Virus record (IMG/VR): IMGVR_UViG_3300026279_000004
Span: 1 to 38,363 of that record
Length of the DNA stretch: 38,363 nt
DNA from: a virus
Lineage: Duplodnaviria > Caudoviricetes
Reading direction: 5' to 3' (one strand)
Of this stretch, positions 18,847 to 29,303 are shown in pieces (position 1 is the stretch's first letter; each line of letters starts with the position of its first letter). The notes below the pieces were generated by a model that saw nothing but the letters and a program-made list of their open reading frames with translations, was not told where the DNA came from and ran no database searches. Both the position numbers and the translations under genes were made by a program.

Positions 18847-19020
18847 CTAATCTCTATTATAAGGAAGAATTTTATTTAAAGTTTCTTTTCTTTTAATACA
18901 TCCATTACATTCTTTAATAGTTCCGCGAGATATAGTTTTTATAGCACGAGAAATTGTATCACCAATACCTTTATCAATGTTTTTAATAGTCTGTTTTTCA
19001 ATTTTTATAAAATCTTTCAT
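18847..19020 (-). CDS. Small hypothetical protein, 57 aa, with CxxC
   Basis: Absent from the ORF track. Translates as MKDFIKIEKQTIKNIDKGIGDTISRAIKTISRGTIKECNGCIKRKETLNKILPYNRD and almost exactly fills the gap between its neighbours. Confidence 0.7.
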   Translation of the reverse strand: MKDFIKIEKQTIKNIDKGIGDTISRAIKTISRGTIKECNGCIKRKETLNKILPYNRD

Positions 19021-19021
19021 A

Positions 19022-19639
19022 TTAAATATTCATACTCGCTCTTTTTTTCAAAGATTTAGCTCTTTTCTTCTGAATCTTACCCATTTGAGACTTCATTTTT
19101 TTCATTCGTTTTCTAGCGGCCTTTTTTCCAGTTTTTATATCTTTAGCGGTCTGTTTTTTACAACGTTTTCCGCCACTATCTACTTTAAATCCTGGTGGAC
19201 ATTCTAATTTTTTTACCCGTTTACCTTTTTTAATTCTTATAACCCATTGTCCACTTTCTATTAAATTTTCATCTTTTTTTTTATCTTTATCACTATCATC
19301 ATTATCGTCTTTACCGTGCATAGTAAATCCATATTCATCTTTAATATACTTTCTTATAAACTTATAATTTCTTAATAACAATTTAGCATTTTCATCTAAA
19401 TCTTCGAGTGCATTACGAACAGTTTGTTTATTTAAATCATTTTCTTCTGGACTTTTTTTTGGGTCATCTGGTTTCATAATGAAATCAATGTATTTTGTCA
19501 TATTAGTAAGGGTAGGAATCAGATTCATTGCCGCACCAGTCATGCCAGCTATTAAACCTTCAATTGTTGGGTCTTTATCACCTTCTGTTAAAGCTTCGAA
19601 TCTAAAATCTCTCCACTTTTTCCACATAGAATGATTCAT
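19022..19639 (-). CDS. Hypothetical protein with a very basic C-terminus, possibly gp68-like prohead core
   Basis: C-terminal RIKKGKRVKK.ECPPGFK...KRAKSLKKRASM; adjacent to the prohead protease. Confidence 0.5.
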   Translation of the reverse strand: MNHSMWKKWRDFRFEALTEGDKDPTIEGLIAGMTGAAMNLIPTLTNMTKYIDFIMKPDDPKKSPEENDLNKQTVRNALEDLDENAKLLLRNYKFIRKYIKDEYGFTMHGKDDNDDSDKDKKKDENLIESGQWVIRIKKGKRVKKLECPPGFKVDSGGKRCKKQTAKDIKTGKKAARKRMKKMKSQMGKIQKKRAKSLKKRASMNI

Positions 19640-19641
19640 AA

Positions 19642-20262
19642 CTATATTCCAGTTAATATATCTGAAATTATTGCTTCGGTTCTACACCATTTATCGCAAA
19701 CAGTTCCATCATTACGTGTATTTTCTTTAATAACACCTTCCGTCATTGGATGCATAAAAGCTCCATGTGTAGATGGGTTAGAAACAAAATCAAATGCTAT
19801 CAATTCAAAATCTTTTTGTACTTCTTGTGTATCATCATCTTTTGCCGATTCGACAGAACCAAGTCCACGTGAAGAAATACCAAGTTTTATACGAGCTTTA
19901 AATAATTCTTTTAAAATGTTACCTGTTGGTGTTGATAATACTTCTACTTTACCAAGTAAATTATCACCTTCCCACCACATCTCTTTAACATTGTGTGATG
20001 TATTTCTTAAATTAACAACCGAAGACTCTGGGTGGTCTAATTCACCAAGAGCTCTACTTTGTTTAATAAATTCTTTTGTGTATTTTTTAGCTTCTCGTAT
20101 TAAAACTTCTTTTGGATATATTCTACCATTTTGATTTTTAGAATTAGCTCGTTGTAACACGCCACTAACTACTAATCTTCCATGATTGTCCGTCATAGAC
20201 TCGTTTATTTGTTGTGATGTTACCTCAAAAGGTAAAATATCTATTAAAAGTGATTTTGACAT
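19642..20262 (-). CDS. Prohead protease, T4 gp21-like
   Basis: NQNGRIYP, ALGELDHPE, SHNV, LGISSRGLGS and DFVSNPS motifs. Confidence 0.93.
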   Translation of the reverse strand: MSKSLLIDILPFEVTSQQINESMTDNHGRLVVSGVLQRANSKNQNGRIYPKEVLIREAKKYTKEFIKQSRALGELDHPESSVVNLRNTSHNVKEMWWEGDNLLGKVEVLSTPTGNILKELFKARIKLGISSRGLGSVESAKDDDTQEVQKDFELIAFDFVSNPSTHGAFMHPMTEGVIKENTRNDGTVCDKWCRTEAIISDILTGI

Positions 20263-20274
20263 CGTTTTAACTCC

Positions 20275-21132
20275 TTACTTCATAAAATCAAATTCTTGAT
20301 TATTATATTGTGATTCAAATTCTTCAGCATAATCTTTAGCTAATTGTAATCTATCCTTTTTTGAAAATATACTTGCGTCTCCGTCGGCATAATCTTTAGC
20401 ATATACTTTAGCTCCATCATCAATTAAATACATAAAAGCTTTTATAGCTAATTTAGAATTATATTTACCCTTTTTCTTAAACTTACTCAAATTTTTAAGT
20501 ATTGGAATATATCTTGATTTATAAAGTCTTGCATCATTATCAATAAAAAGACGCAATTCTCTACTTTCTTGAGATAATTTTTCTTTTAATATACCTCTTC
20601 TATCAAGTTTTATTATTTCTTCATATATTACTTTTAAAAGTTTTTTATTAAATGTTTCAACAATACCACCATACGCTGTTCTATTCTTTCGTGTTAATTC
20701 TTTATCAATAACTTTAAGTTTATTAATATCTACTAAAAATCTTATTTCTAAAAAATCTCCAGCCACATCATTTACTTTAACATTTTTAATACCATGTTTC
20801 TTTAATATTGGAAGTGCCGTTTTAGTCATAAACCTTTTATTTCCAGAAATGGTATGCATTTCTACATCTTCAGTTATAGGGTTATTACTTTTTCCTTCCA
20901 ATTTTCTTTTCTCATCAATTTTATGTAAAACAAAATTTTTAGCTAATTGTAATTCTCTAAGAAAAGAAGCATCTCCAAATTTTCTACTCAAAGTAACAGG
21001 TAATGTTGCATTACTACCATGATTTACAAAATAAGCTACTCTTTTAGCATCTACCTTATAAATTTTTCTCCATTTATTTTCTGGTAGTTGATTTAACCAA
21101 GAATGTATTTCTTTTATTTTAAATCGTTTCAC
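20275..21132 (-). CDS. Hypothetical multi-module basic protein
   Basis: 285 aa, GTG start. Segments are separated by ITE, IVE and LKE; C-terminal ELRLFIDNDARLY module. Confidence 0.65.
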   Translation of the reverse strand: MKRFKIKEIHSWLNQLPENKWRKIYKVDAKRVAYFVNHGSNATLPVTLSRKFGDASFLRELQLAKNFVLHKIDEKRKLEGKSNNPITEDVEMHTISGNKRFMTKTALPILKKHGIKNVKVNDVAGDFLEIRFLVDINKLKVIDKELTRKNRTAYGGIVETFNKKLLKVIYEEIIKLDRRGILKEKLSQESRELRLFIDNDARLYKSRYIPILKNLSKFKKKGKYNSKLAIKAFMYLIDDGAKVYAKDYADGDASIFSKKDRLQLAKDYAEEFESQYNNQEFDFMK

Positions 21133-21135
21133 CTA

Positions 21136-21336
21136 TTAACTCCTACTTTTTAAAATTTCTGTTCTCATATCGTCCAGTATTTTAATCCATTTATCAATAA
21201 ATTGTAAAGTTTCAACTTTACTTGGCTCTTCACCACTAACTTTAGTATTTTCAAGAACCCATCTACTTTTTAAATTAGATAAACTACGTAATCTATGTAA
21301 AAAGTGTAGGCCATCTTTTTTCCAAGACGTAGCCAT
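21136..21336 (-). CDS. Hypothetical protein
   Basis: 66-aa ORF packed in the operon. Confidence 0.6.
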   Translation of the reverse strand: MATSWKKDGLHFLHRLRSLSNLKSRWVLENTKVSGEEPSKVETLQFIDKWIKILDDMRTEILKSRS

Positions 21337-21349
21337 TGTATCACAAAAA

Positions 21350-21592
21350 TCAATTAACTTTTCTTAGTTCTGGGTCAATAGCCAACATATATCCTAAAAC
21401 TGTTGGTTTCTTATGACCACCACCATATCCAGACTTTTTCTTCTTTTTCTTTTGACTCGCCCAATATGGTGTTTTTAGGGGGCCTTCACCCCCATCTATA
21501 TTACCAGTAACTGATGATTCTTTTATTACATCAATTATCATTTGTCTTAACAACTCTTTAAGTTGTTTAACTTTAATTTTTTGAGATGACAT
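21350..21592 (-). CDS. Hypothetical small basic protein
   Basis: 80 aa. Leader QLKELLRQMIIDVIKE followed by SSVTGNIDGGEGPLKTPY and a K7 tract. Confidence 0.65.
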   Translation of the reverse strand: MSSQKIKVKQLKELLRQMIIDVIKESSVTGNIDGGEGPLKTPYWASQKKKKKKSGYGGGHKKPTVLGYMLAIDPELRKVN

Positions 21593-22448
21593 TTTTAACT
21601 TCTTTCACTAACTCATAATACCTCATTAAATTAACAACATCGCTATCCTTAACAATTTTATGATTTGTCATCTTCTTAGTTAATCTTGTAGCTTCCTTTA
21701 ATTTTATAGTAGTAACTTTATCATCAACTTCTTTTAAATTTGATTTTAACGTTTTAGTTAATCTTTTAACTTCATTATTAATAAATTCTCTTAAAGAATT
21801 TGTATTTGAAATATTCTCTATATATTTTTTAAGTAAAACTTGTTGTTCTTCATTTAAAGATGAATACTTTGTATTAAACTTGTCTACTAAAATACTATAA
21901 GATAATAATCTCATATCTTTATCTTGTTTTTTATATTTTTCAATTATTCTATTTGTTTTTATACTACTATCTATCTTTTTTCTAATAATATGTTCAACTA
22001 TTGCAAATCTACTTTTAACTTCATCTGCCGGGTCATGTTTTTGACCTTCGGTAGTATATCCAAATACTTTATATACTGACGCTAAGAGTTTATAATTGGG
22101 AATACGTGAACTAAAAAATTCACTAATAACATAATTATCTTTTATATCCTTAATAAGATTATATTTTTCTTGTTTTAATTTCTTATTGGATAATTTAGTT
22201 CTTGTTTTAATAACAGCATCAATTAACCTTTCGGCTTGATTTTCGTGTGAAAATTTTTCGTGTGCTAACACATTATAAAGTTGTAATTCTTGACCAAGTT
22301 CTGTACTTTCTTTAAAATATTTCTTAATCAACATGACAGCCGTAGATTTCTTTGTATCTTTCATAATATCAGCTGTAACTTGTCTTGTTAACAACTCAAA
22401 CAATATTCCAGTATTTTTAATCTTTAAATGCTTTATAAGTGAACTCAT
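21573..22448 (-). CDS. Hypothetical helical protein of the head module
   Basis: 291 aa with a GGAG SD; KH.KIKNTGILFELL.RQ N-terminus; directly after the portal gene. Confidence 0.75.
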   Translation of the reverse strand: MSSLIKHLKIKNTGILFELLTRQVTADIMKDTKKSTAVMLIKKYFKESTELGQELQLYNVLAHEKFSHENQAERLIDAVIKTRTKLSNKKLKQEKYNLIKDIKDNYVISEFFSSRIPNYKLLASVYKVFGYTTEGQKHDPADEVKSRFAIVEHIIRKKIDSSIKTNRIIEKYKKQDKDMRLLSYSILVDKFNTKYSSLNEEQQVLLKKYIENISNTNSLREFINNEVKRLTKTLKSNLKEVDDKVTTIKLKEATRLTKKMTNHKIVKDSDVVNLMRYYELVKEVKNVISKN

Positions 22449-22485
22449 TTGTTACTCCAATTAATTTTTGTACTATGATACAATT

Positions 22486-22493
22486 ATAAATAT
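22486..22493 (-). promoter_or_regulatory. Putative late promoter element ATATTTAT
   Basis: Recurrent intergenic 8-mer, just after the portal stop. Confidence 0.55.
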
Positions 22494-22502
22494 AGAAGAA
22501 CT

Positions 22503-24335
22503 TTATTTATCGTTATCTAAAGTATCTTTTACTTCACGTTTGTACTCTTCTTCTAAAGAATTTGTTTCTTGTAATAATTGTAAATCTTTCTTTCCCATTC
22601 CTTTTTTCAACCTCTCAAAGTGAGCTAAAGCTAATGACGAACCACCCTTTTTCATATCAACGACTCCAAGTGGGTCTCTTCCTCTAGCCGAACCATCCTT
22701 ACCAAATTTAGCTGATTTTTTTGGTCTGCCTGCACCTTTCCATCCACCTTCTGGTGAACCACCTTCTGGTCCAAGTTCATCTCCAGTTCTATACATACCA
22801 TCATCAGTTGGCGATTCCAAATCATCTTCACCAAACTCATCCTCTCCAGGGCCACCTTCCGCGGCTGGGTCTGTACCTTCTTGTTCAATAGCTTCATATC
22901 TAAATTGTCGTTTTTGGTCATCAATAAGTTGTTGTCTTACAGTTGCTTTTTCTTGGTCTGAAAATCCAAAAATTTTATCATACACAAATTCCGTTGATAA
23001 TATTTTATTATCTTTCATAGTTCCAGCTAAATCAATTTTACTTGACCACAACTCTACTTTTTCTTGTTCATATATCATAGATGGATTTGTCAACTGTAAA
23101 CTAAAATTAACAAGGTCTGCATCACAATATCCTTGTGAATATAAATGAACAATACCAATTTTTGTTAACTCACTAACAACAATTCTTTGAATTCTTTCAA
23201 TAGTACGAGCAAATCTAACATCTTCTGCTGCTAAAGTTGCTTTTGCATTCAACTCTTCTTCATAACCAAGAAACGCTTTAGGTATCTTTAATGCCGCTAA
23301 TAATTTGTTTCGTAAATAATCAATGTCATCTACTGTTTCATATGATAATCCAGGAGCTTCAGTTATTTCAGTTCCACTATCTCCACCACGAACTGGTAAA
23401 AAGAAATCTTCTGTTAAATTTTGTATATTATACTTTAAATTATAATCACCTGTATCTTTATCTATAACTGGTGCTTTCTTCATCTTATTAATAATACGTT
23501 GCATATAATTGTCAACTTCGTTTGGTGGTATATTACCAATATCAATCTTAAAAATTCTTTTTTCTGGTGCTCTCATAATTCTATGAATTAACATAGCATC
23601 TTCCATAAGTGACAATTGTTTCCAAACTTTACGAGCACCTTCAACCATAGACTTACCATATGGTAAAAAATTACTATCTGATAAAAGTCTAAAATGTGCT
23701 ATTTCATAATTTTCAAATTCATTTTCAACTTTACCAGCTTTATATGTATGTAAACTTTGTCCACCTTCCAAAATAAATTTCACATAATGTGGATTAGTTT
23801 CATCTTCTCCTTCAACTCTGGTAATATCATATGCAGATAATGGTACTACATTTGTAATTCCATATTTTTCATGAATGTCAAGTTGTAAAAAGAAATCACC
23901 ATACTTACACATATTACGAATCCATGGCCATAAATTAAACTCTATATTAATAATATCATAATATAAATTTTGTAAAATATCATTAATATTATTATCTTCC
24001 GAATGTATTTCCAATATTTGACCATATTCAGACCGCATTGATGATTCATCTGCATAGATATCAAGAGCTGATGATATTATTGGGTCTGCATCCATTGTTT
24101 CATAATCTTGAAACAAACCAATTCGTTGCGATGATTGAAACATACTATTTTTAGTACCATAACCTATATTTGCCATGTTTGTGTATAATTTAGTAAATCT
24201 ATCTGTGATATCTGAATTTATAGCTTGTACTCTATTTGTGTCAGCTACTTTTAACCTCTTTCCACCCGCATGCCTTACAATTACATTTGTTGAAAATAGT
24301 CTTTTTAATCTACTTCTTAAACTTTTGTCTGCCAT
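22503..24335 (-). CDS. Portal protein, T4 gp20-like
   Basis: QLSLMEDAMLIHRIMRAPEKRIFKIDIGN, EDFFLPVRGG..GTEI and DIDYLRNKLLAALKIP motifs. Confidence 0.95.
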   Translation of the reverse strand: MADKSLRSRLKRLFSTNVIVRHAGGKRLKVADTNRVQAINSDITDRFTKLYTNMANIGYGTKNSMFQSSQRIGLFQDYETMDADPIISSALDIYADESSMRSEYGQILEIHSEDNNINDILQNLYYDIINIEFNLWPWIRNMCKYGDFFLQLDIHEKYGITNVVPLSAYDITRVEGEDETNPHYVKFILEGGQSLHTYKAGKVENEFENYEIAHFRLLSDSNFLPYGKSMVEGARKVWKQLSLMEDAMLIHRIMRAPEKRIFKIDIGNIPPNEVDNYMQRIINKMKKAPVIDKDTGDYNLKYNIQNLTEDFFLPVRGGDSGTEITEAPGLSYETVDDIDYLRNKLLAALKIPKAFLGYEEELNAKATLAAEDVRFARTIERIQRIVVSELTKIGIVHLYSQGYCDADLVNFSLQLTNPSMIYEQEKVELWSSKIDLAGTMKDNKILSTEFVYDKIFGFSDQEKATVRQQLIDDQKRQFRYEAIEQEGTDPAAEGGPGEDEFGEDDLESPTDDGMYRTGDELGPEGGSPEGGWKGAGRPKKSAKFGKDGSARGRDPLGVVDMKKGGSSLALAHFERLKKGMGKKDLQLLQETNSLEEEYKREVKDTLDNDK

Positions 24336-24347
24336 TTTATCCTCTTA

Positions 24348-25928
24348 TTATTTTATTAACCAAGTTAAATCTTCTTGTTCTTTACCAACATCCATCTTCC
24401 AAGAATCATTTTCATTTTCACCATCTGTATCATATATAGCTTGATGTGATTGAAAGTAATCAAATGAACGTTTTGTTAATTCTATACCTTCTGCTCTTAA
24501 TCTTAGTGCAGTATCTCTAACCCACAAACCTATTGCTAAACTCATAACAAGGTCATCATTATATCCAGACATAGCTACAGCTTTACCATTCCTATATATA
24601 AATACAAACAACTCGTCAATTAATCTCTGCGAATGAATTTTAACTGATTTTTCTCTAAAATATTCATCTAATTTAGCAATAACAAGTGGTCTTGTCTTTT
24701 GTGTCATACTAAATCCAGGCACCATATTTCTATCAGTACTTCTATACCTATTTGTAATCTGTCTGGCCGTATCAACATAGGTTAAATCCTTTGATGTATA
24801 AAATAAATTTGGATATTCTGAATCTATTATGGTTTGTATAGCAGACCAACCAATATTATTATTTTCAACAATCAATAAAGCTTTATTATATTCTGTAGCT
24901 ACACTAACACACATATTACCAAAATCTTTAGTTCCAATTTTACCTTTATATTCTGCAACTTGTTCCATTTGTTCAATATCAAATACATGAAACGCAGAAA
25001 AATCGGAGCCGTCACCTCTACTAACATCTGCACTAACAACATAATCTTTAGAATAATCTGGATACTCCCAAACCCACATATTTGAATCAAATCCTCTACG
25101 TTCTATTGGTTCTTTAATTTGAGTTTCTCTATATTCTTCTATAATCATACCATCTATTACTGTTTGACCAGATGTTATAAAACTACAATCACATTCTTGT
25201 GCCGCTAATGAAGGCCCTAATAAAGTATCTTGTTTTTGTCTCCATTCCTCGCCTCGTTCTGGATGTATTGTCCAATGTAACTTTATAAAGTTCCATCCAC
25301 TCAAACCATCTTCTGCTTCTATCCATGTTTTATGAAACCAATTACCAACACCATTTGGTGTAGACAACGCAATACATTGACCACCCGTAGATAACGTTTG
25401 TGATGCGGCTGCCCATATCCTATCAATATTTTCAATAAAAGCCGCTTCATCGAGAACAAGTAATGACAACGCTTCTGAACGACCTGCTTCGTCTGAACTT
25501 GCTACAGCTTTAACTTGTGAACCATTTCTATATCTTAATGACAATTTATTATCTTCTACACAACTCTGTTTTAACCACGTTGGTAAATTAGCATGCATTA
25601 CACGAACTTTAGTTACAAGATTTTTCGCTGTATCTTGTTTTGTAGCTATAACAAGAATATTTTTATCTTCATGAAATGTCATCATCCATAAAGAATATCC
25701 CGCCGTTAACGTAGAAAGTCCTAATTGTCTTGCTTTAAGAATTACATTAAGTTTATGACCTTTAAAATCATTCAATGTCTTTTCTTGAAAGTCCCAGAGA
25801 TGAAATGGTATTTTACCTTTTATTGGGTGCTGTATCATACAATACTTTTTCATAAAGTATACTGGGTCTTTAGCACATTTTACATACTCAGACCTAATTA
25901 ACTTTTTTAAGTCTTCCGAGTTACTCAT
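24348..25928 (-). CDS. Terminase large subunit, T4 gp17-like
   Basis: LKARQLGLST (Walker A), LLVLDEAAFI (Walker B), STPNG, and nuclease motifs ADVSRGDGSDFS and DDLVMS. Confidence 0.95.
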   Translation of the reverse strand: MSNSEDLKKLIRSEYVKCAKDPVYFMKKYCMIQHPIKGKIPFHLWDFQEKTLNDFKGHKLNVILKARQLGLSTLTAGYSLWMMTFHEDKNILVIATKQDTAKNLVTKVRVMHANLPTWLKQSCVEDNKLSLRYRNGSQVKAVASSDEAGRSEALSLLVLDEAAFIENIDRIWAAASQTLSTGGQCIALSTPNGVGNWFHKTWIEAEDGLSGWNFIKLHWTIHPERGEEWRQKQDTLLGPSLAAQECDCSFITSGQTVIDGMIIEEYRETQIKEPIERRGFDSNMWVWEYPDYSKDYVVSADVSRGDGSDFSAFHVFDIEQMEQVAEYKGKIGTKDFGNMCVSVATEYNKALLIVENNNIGWSAIQTIIDSEYPNLFYTSKDLTYVDTARQITNRYRSTDRNMVPGFSMTQKTRPLVIAKLDEYFREKSVKIHSQRLIDELFVFIYRNGKAVAMSGYNDDLVMSLAIGLWVRDTALRLRAEGIELTKRSFDYFQSHQAIYDTDGENENDSWKMDVGKEQEDLTWLIK

Positions 25929-26150
25929 TTATGATATTGAACCCGTATATTGTGTTTGTACTTTAGTCAAGTATTTTTTAGCTTGAGAAATTAAATCCGC
26001 ATCAGCTGTCGCCAATTCTAAATCTGCTATTTCAGTTTGTAATTCTGTTGCTATTGTTGACAAATAAGTTGAATCACGTAAATTCTCCCTCTTATTACCA
26101 CTAAGAGTTTGTATTTTAGCTTTCAACTCAGCTATTGATGTTACTGCCAT
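25929..26150 (-). CDS. Hypothetical protein
   Basis: 73 aa with an AAGGAG SD; its stop abuts the terminase ATG. Confidence 0.65.
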   Translation of the reverse strand: MAVTSIAELKAKIQTLSGNKRENLRDSTYLSTIATELQTEIADLELATADADLISQAKKYLTKVQTQYTGSIS

Positions 26151-26724
26151 TTTTTACTCCTTCATTATCTAATTTTAATAATTCTAAATCAATTCTTTCT
26201 AATAAATCAGTATAATTATCCGTTGCTTCAGTTGCAAGTTTTTCTAATTGTTCTTCATCTGTACTCCAAGTTTCCTTTTCTACAGTATGACCATCTGGAT
26301 TAATCTGATTATAAAAAGTTACATCTCCTTGTTTTTTCCACTCTTCAACACTCTCTAATTGTTCAATTACAAAAGAACGTTGATTCATCAAAACTTTCTT
26401 TTTAGCCCATTCTTCATATTTACCCTCAATACGAAGTTTATTTTCAATTTTTACTTGACAATCAAAACAATGACCAAATAATCTCCACATCTTATCATTT
26501 ACTTTAGCTTTCATTGTCTTCTTACACTCAGGACAAAACCAAGGCATTCTAACTTCCTTCATGATATCTGTCAAATGCCCCTGTATTGTTTTTCCTGTGA
26601 GCTTTTTCTTCTTACCCTCATATCCAACTATAATCCTTTTTTCAGGAGTCTCACCTCTTAGAATAGATTCCATCGCTTTATATTCACGAACTCGTTCTTT
26701 TCCACTTTTTCCAAAATCACTCAT
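26128..26724 (-). CDS. Hypothetical protein with a CxxC...CxxC zinc-binding motif
   Basis: MPWFCPEC...HCFDC followed by a helical region. Confidence 0.7.
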   Translation of the reverse strand: MSDFGKSGKERVREYKAMESILRGETPEKRIIVGYEGKKKKLTGKTIQGHLTDIMKEVRMPWFCPECKKTMKAKVNDKMWRLFGHCFDCQVKIENKLRIEGKYEEWAKKKVLMNQRSFVIEQLESVEEWKKQGDVTFYNQINPDGHTVEKETWSTDEEQLEKLATEATDNYTDLLERIDLELLKLDNEGVKNGSNINS

Positions 26725-26731
26725 AATTATC

Positions 26732-29293
26732 CTATATGTATTTTAATAAACCTAAAATTTGATTGATTGGTGCAAAAGTACCAGTATACTTATATAATTT
26801 ATCATTGTATGTAAATGTTATACCTTCTGATGAAACGATTGAACCAAATCCACCTATTGCTTCTAATTTTTTCAATTGACCTTCTAATTTTTCTATTAAA
26901 CTTAAATCACCAGTACTTCTAATCTGTTTAATAGTAGATTCTAAATCATTTTTAATTGACACTGCACCTTCTTCTGGATTAGCAGTCAACATCATACTCA
27001 AATTCAACATTATTTCTGCACCAAGTCCTAAAAATAATTCTTCCCAAGGTAAAATATTTTCTTTATATATAGCTTTGTGGTCTTCTTTATCAGTTTCTAA
27101 TACCCAATCTAAAAACTTTGGAAATTTCTTTAAATCCTTTTTAACTTGCGATAATTTATATGACTTATCAAAAAAGGCCCATCGTTTAACTAATTTAATA
27201 AACACACTTTCTGGTAATTTAGTCTTTGTTTTCTTTGTAGCTTTAGTAATAAAGTCTGTCCAAAACGCTTGATGATAATCACCCAAAGTATTATTAGCTT
27301 TTAACTTATACTTTTTCTGTAAAGAATTTAATTTACCAATATAATATTTTTTACGTTTCGAAAAATCCTTTACTTTTGGTAATTCTACTACTGGTGGATA
27401 TTCAATTGCAAATTCACTTTGTACATCTTTATCAATTTGTTTAATCATTCCTGCTAACATACGAGCGAATGAAGGCATATCACCAATTGGAGCCCCTGTT
27501 TCATCATATTGAATAACACCATGAAATATCAACAAAGATTTTTCATATGGTATCACATTAGCTGTTTTTGGATAGATAATTTCCAAAGACATGAATTGTT
27601 CACCTTCTTTAAAAATTTTATCTTTTTGAGAATCACTAAGAGCACTTATCGCGGCTTCTAAATCTACCATAGCCGAACTAAATGCTGTATGTAAATCACC
27701 TCTACCTGCAAACATCTTACTAATACCAGCAGTAGTTAGAGCACTAGCACCTCTATCTCTTAAATGTCCTTTGTTTCTGGCCGCTATAAGTTTACCATCT
27801 CTCCAACTTATCATTATATTCTGGCCATCTGTTTTTTCAGTAGCAGGTTTCTCTTTACTCAACTCACCAGTCAATGTATTAGTAATTATTGTTTTAAAAT
27901 CTCTGAATGTTAAATTATTATCATCGAATGGATGTGCTAAATGACCATATGCACCACCTTCAAGTATTAATTGTTTTACTTCTTCAACTATATCTATTTT
28001 TTCGTGTAAACCTTTCCATCCAATACCTTTCTGTTTATCAATTAAATTTAATTGACCCATTTCATCATCTGGTTTTTGTCTTTTAACTGGTAAACCCGCA
28101 TCACTCATATCAGCATTTTTTGATAATGTAGCTTTCTCATGTTCAGTTCCTTTAGAAGACCACGCAGTTTTACCTTTACCATATTCATTAGTTGGTTTTT
28201 GTGATATTTGAACACCTTTACTATCTGTACCCATCCACTTGATTATTTCCCATCCAAGTCTTTCTAACACACTACCTAATCTTAATTTATATTTTTTCAT
28301 TACTTGTTTATCACCTGGTATAGAACCAGCTCTTCCAAATGTCACGGCTGCAATTGGATTCTGAATCATAGTAAAATCCATATCAGGGTCTAAAACTTCA
28401 TCTTCTTTATCTTTTATTATAAAATTTACTACTTCCCAACCTGTTTTTTGCATAAACCAAGGAACTGCATCTTTTGATACTCTATAATAATCCGAAAAAT
28501 TTTGATAGAACGTTCCTGGCCCATCATCTGGAGCTCCACCACCTGCATTTACACCTCTCTTAGAATTAGTAGTCTTAATTGTAGAAGACTCTTGTATCAT
28601 TTTTTGTACATCATTTTCAACACAAAAATTAGTTACAATTTCTTTGGTCAAAAGTATACCTTTCGGCTGTTTATGGTCAAACATTACTCTATTAGTTATA
28701 AAATCATACATTGAACTATCAAACTTACCAAAAATAACCTTAAATAACTTTTTCTTTTTATTTTCATCTATGTCAGGCGAACCCAATAACTTCCTTACTG
28801 CTGTTCCACTTATATTAGTACCACCAACTTTCAACTTAAACGTTGGTACTATATAAATATAGCCTTCATCCTCGAAACCCTTCATATTTTTTCCAGTAAA
28901 TTTCTTATAATACTTACCACCAAGTCTACCACTATCTTTCTTACCAACACCAACCGCTACAGCCGTTGTTTCTGAATCAAAATTGGATAAAATATTAATT
29001 GGTGAATAAACATTCTTTTCTTGAACAATAGAACTCTTCTTTATACCATACATTTTACTAATAATTTTTTGTTTCTCTTTAAAATTGAATGGATGTCTAT
29101 CACCACCACTTACATTAGATGTAGCTATGAAAACATTGGACTTACCAAATTCTTTAACCATTTCATTATAAGTGTTAAAATGACCAGCATGAAATGGTTG
29201 AAATCTACCAACATAAACACCAACTACTTGTTCTATTTTCTTTGGTGCTTCGTCTAAAGTAGCTCGAACAACACTCTCAACGAGTTTTTGCAT
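26732..29293 (-). CDS. Fusion protein: HxGH (cytidylyltransferase-like) nucleotidyltransferase, central region, and KxDG ligase-like nucleotidyltransferase domain
   Basis: N-terminal YVGRFQPFHAGH, HPFNFKEK and ISGTAVRK. C-terminal GHLAHP..TEKTDGQN...ARN...LEI...SEGITF...YKYTG resembles ATP-dependent ligase motifs. The ATG at 29293 is preferred over the TTG at 29302. Confidence 0.7.
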   Translation of the reverse strand: MQKLVESVVRATLDEAPKKIEQVVGVYVGRFQPFHAGHFNTYNEMVKEFGKSNVFIATSNVSGGDRHPFNFKEKQKIISKMYGIKKSSIVQEKNVYSPINILSNFDSETTAVAVGVGKKDSGRLGGKYYKKFTGKNMKGFEDEGYIYIVPTFKLKVGGTNISGTAVRKLLGSPDIDENKKKKLFKVIFGKFDSSMYDFITNRVMFDHKQPKGILLTKEIVTNFCVENDVQKMIQESSTIKTTNSKRGVNAGGGAPDDGPGTFYQNFSDYYRVSKDAVPWFMQKTGWEVVNFIIKDKEDEVLDPDMDFTMIQNPIAAVTFGRAGSIPGDKQVMKKYKLRLGSVLERLGWEIIKWMGTDSKGVQISQKPTNEYGKGKTAWSSKGTEHEKATLSKNADMSDAGLPVKRQKPDDEMGQLNLIDKQKGIGWKGLHEKIDIVEEVKQLILEGGAYGHLAHPFDDNNLTFRDFKTIITNTLTGELSKEKPATEKTDGQNIMISWRDGKLIAARNKGHLRDRGASALTTAGISKMFAGRGDLHTAFSSAMVDLEAAISALSDSQKDKIFKEGEQFMSLEIIYPKTANVIPYEKSLLIFHGVIQYDETGAPIGDMPSFARMLAGMIKQIDKDVQSEFAIEYPPVVELPKVKDFSKRKKYYIGKLNSLQKKYKLKANNTLGDYHQAFWTDFITKATKKTKTKLPESVFIKLVKRWAFFDKSYKLSQVKKDLKKFPKFLDWVLETDKEDHKAIYKENILPWEELFLGLGAEIMLNLSMMLTANPEEGAVSIKNDLESTIKQIRSTGDLSLIEKLEGQLKKLEAIGGFGSIVSSEGITFTYNDKLYKYTGTFAPINQILGLLKYI

Positions 29294-29303
29294 TCCGTTC
29301 AAC

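Noticed and set aside
25929-26724. Small terminase subunit
   Set aside because: The position is suggestive, but neither ORF shows a recognisable gp16-like motif.
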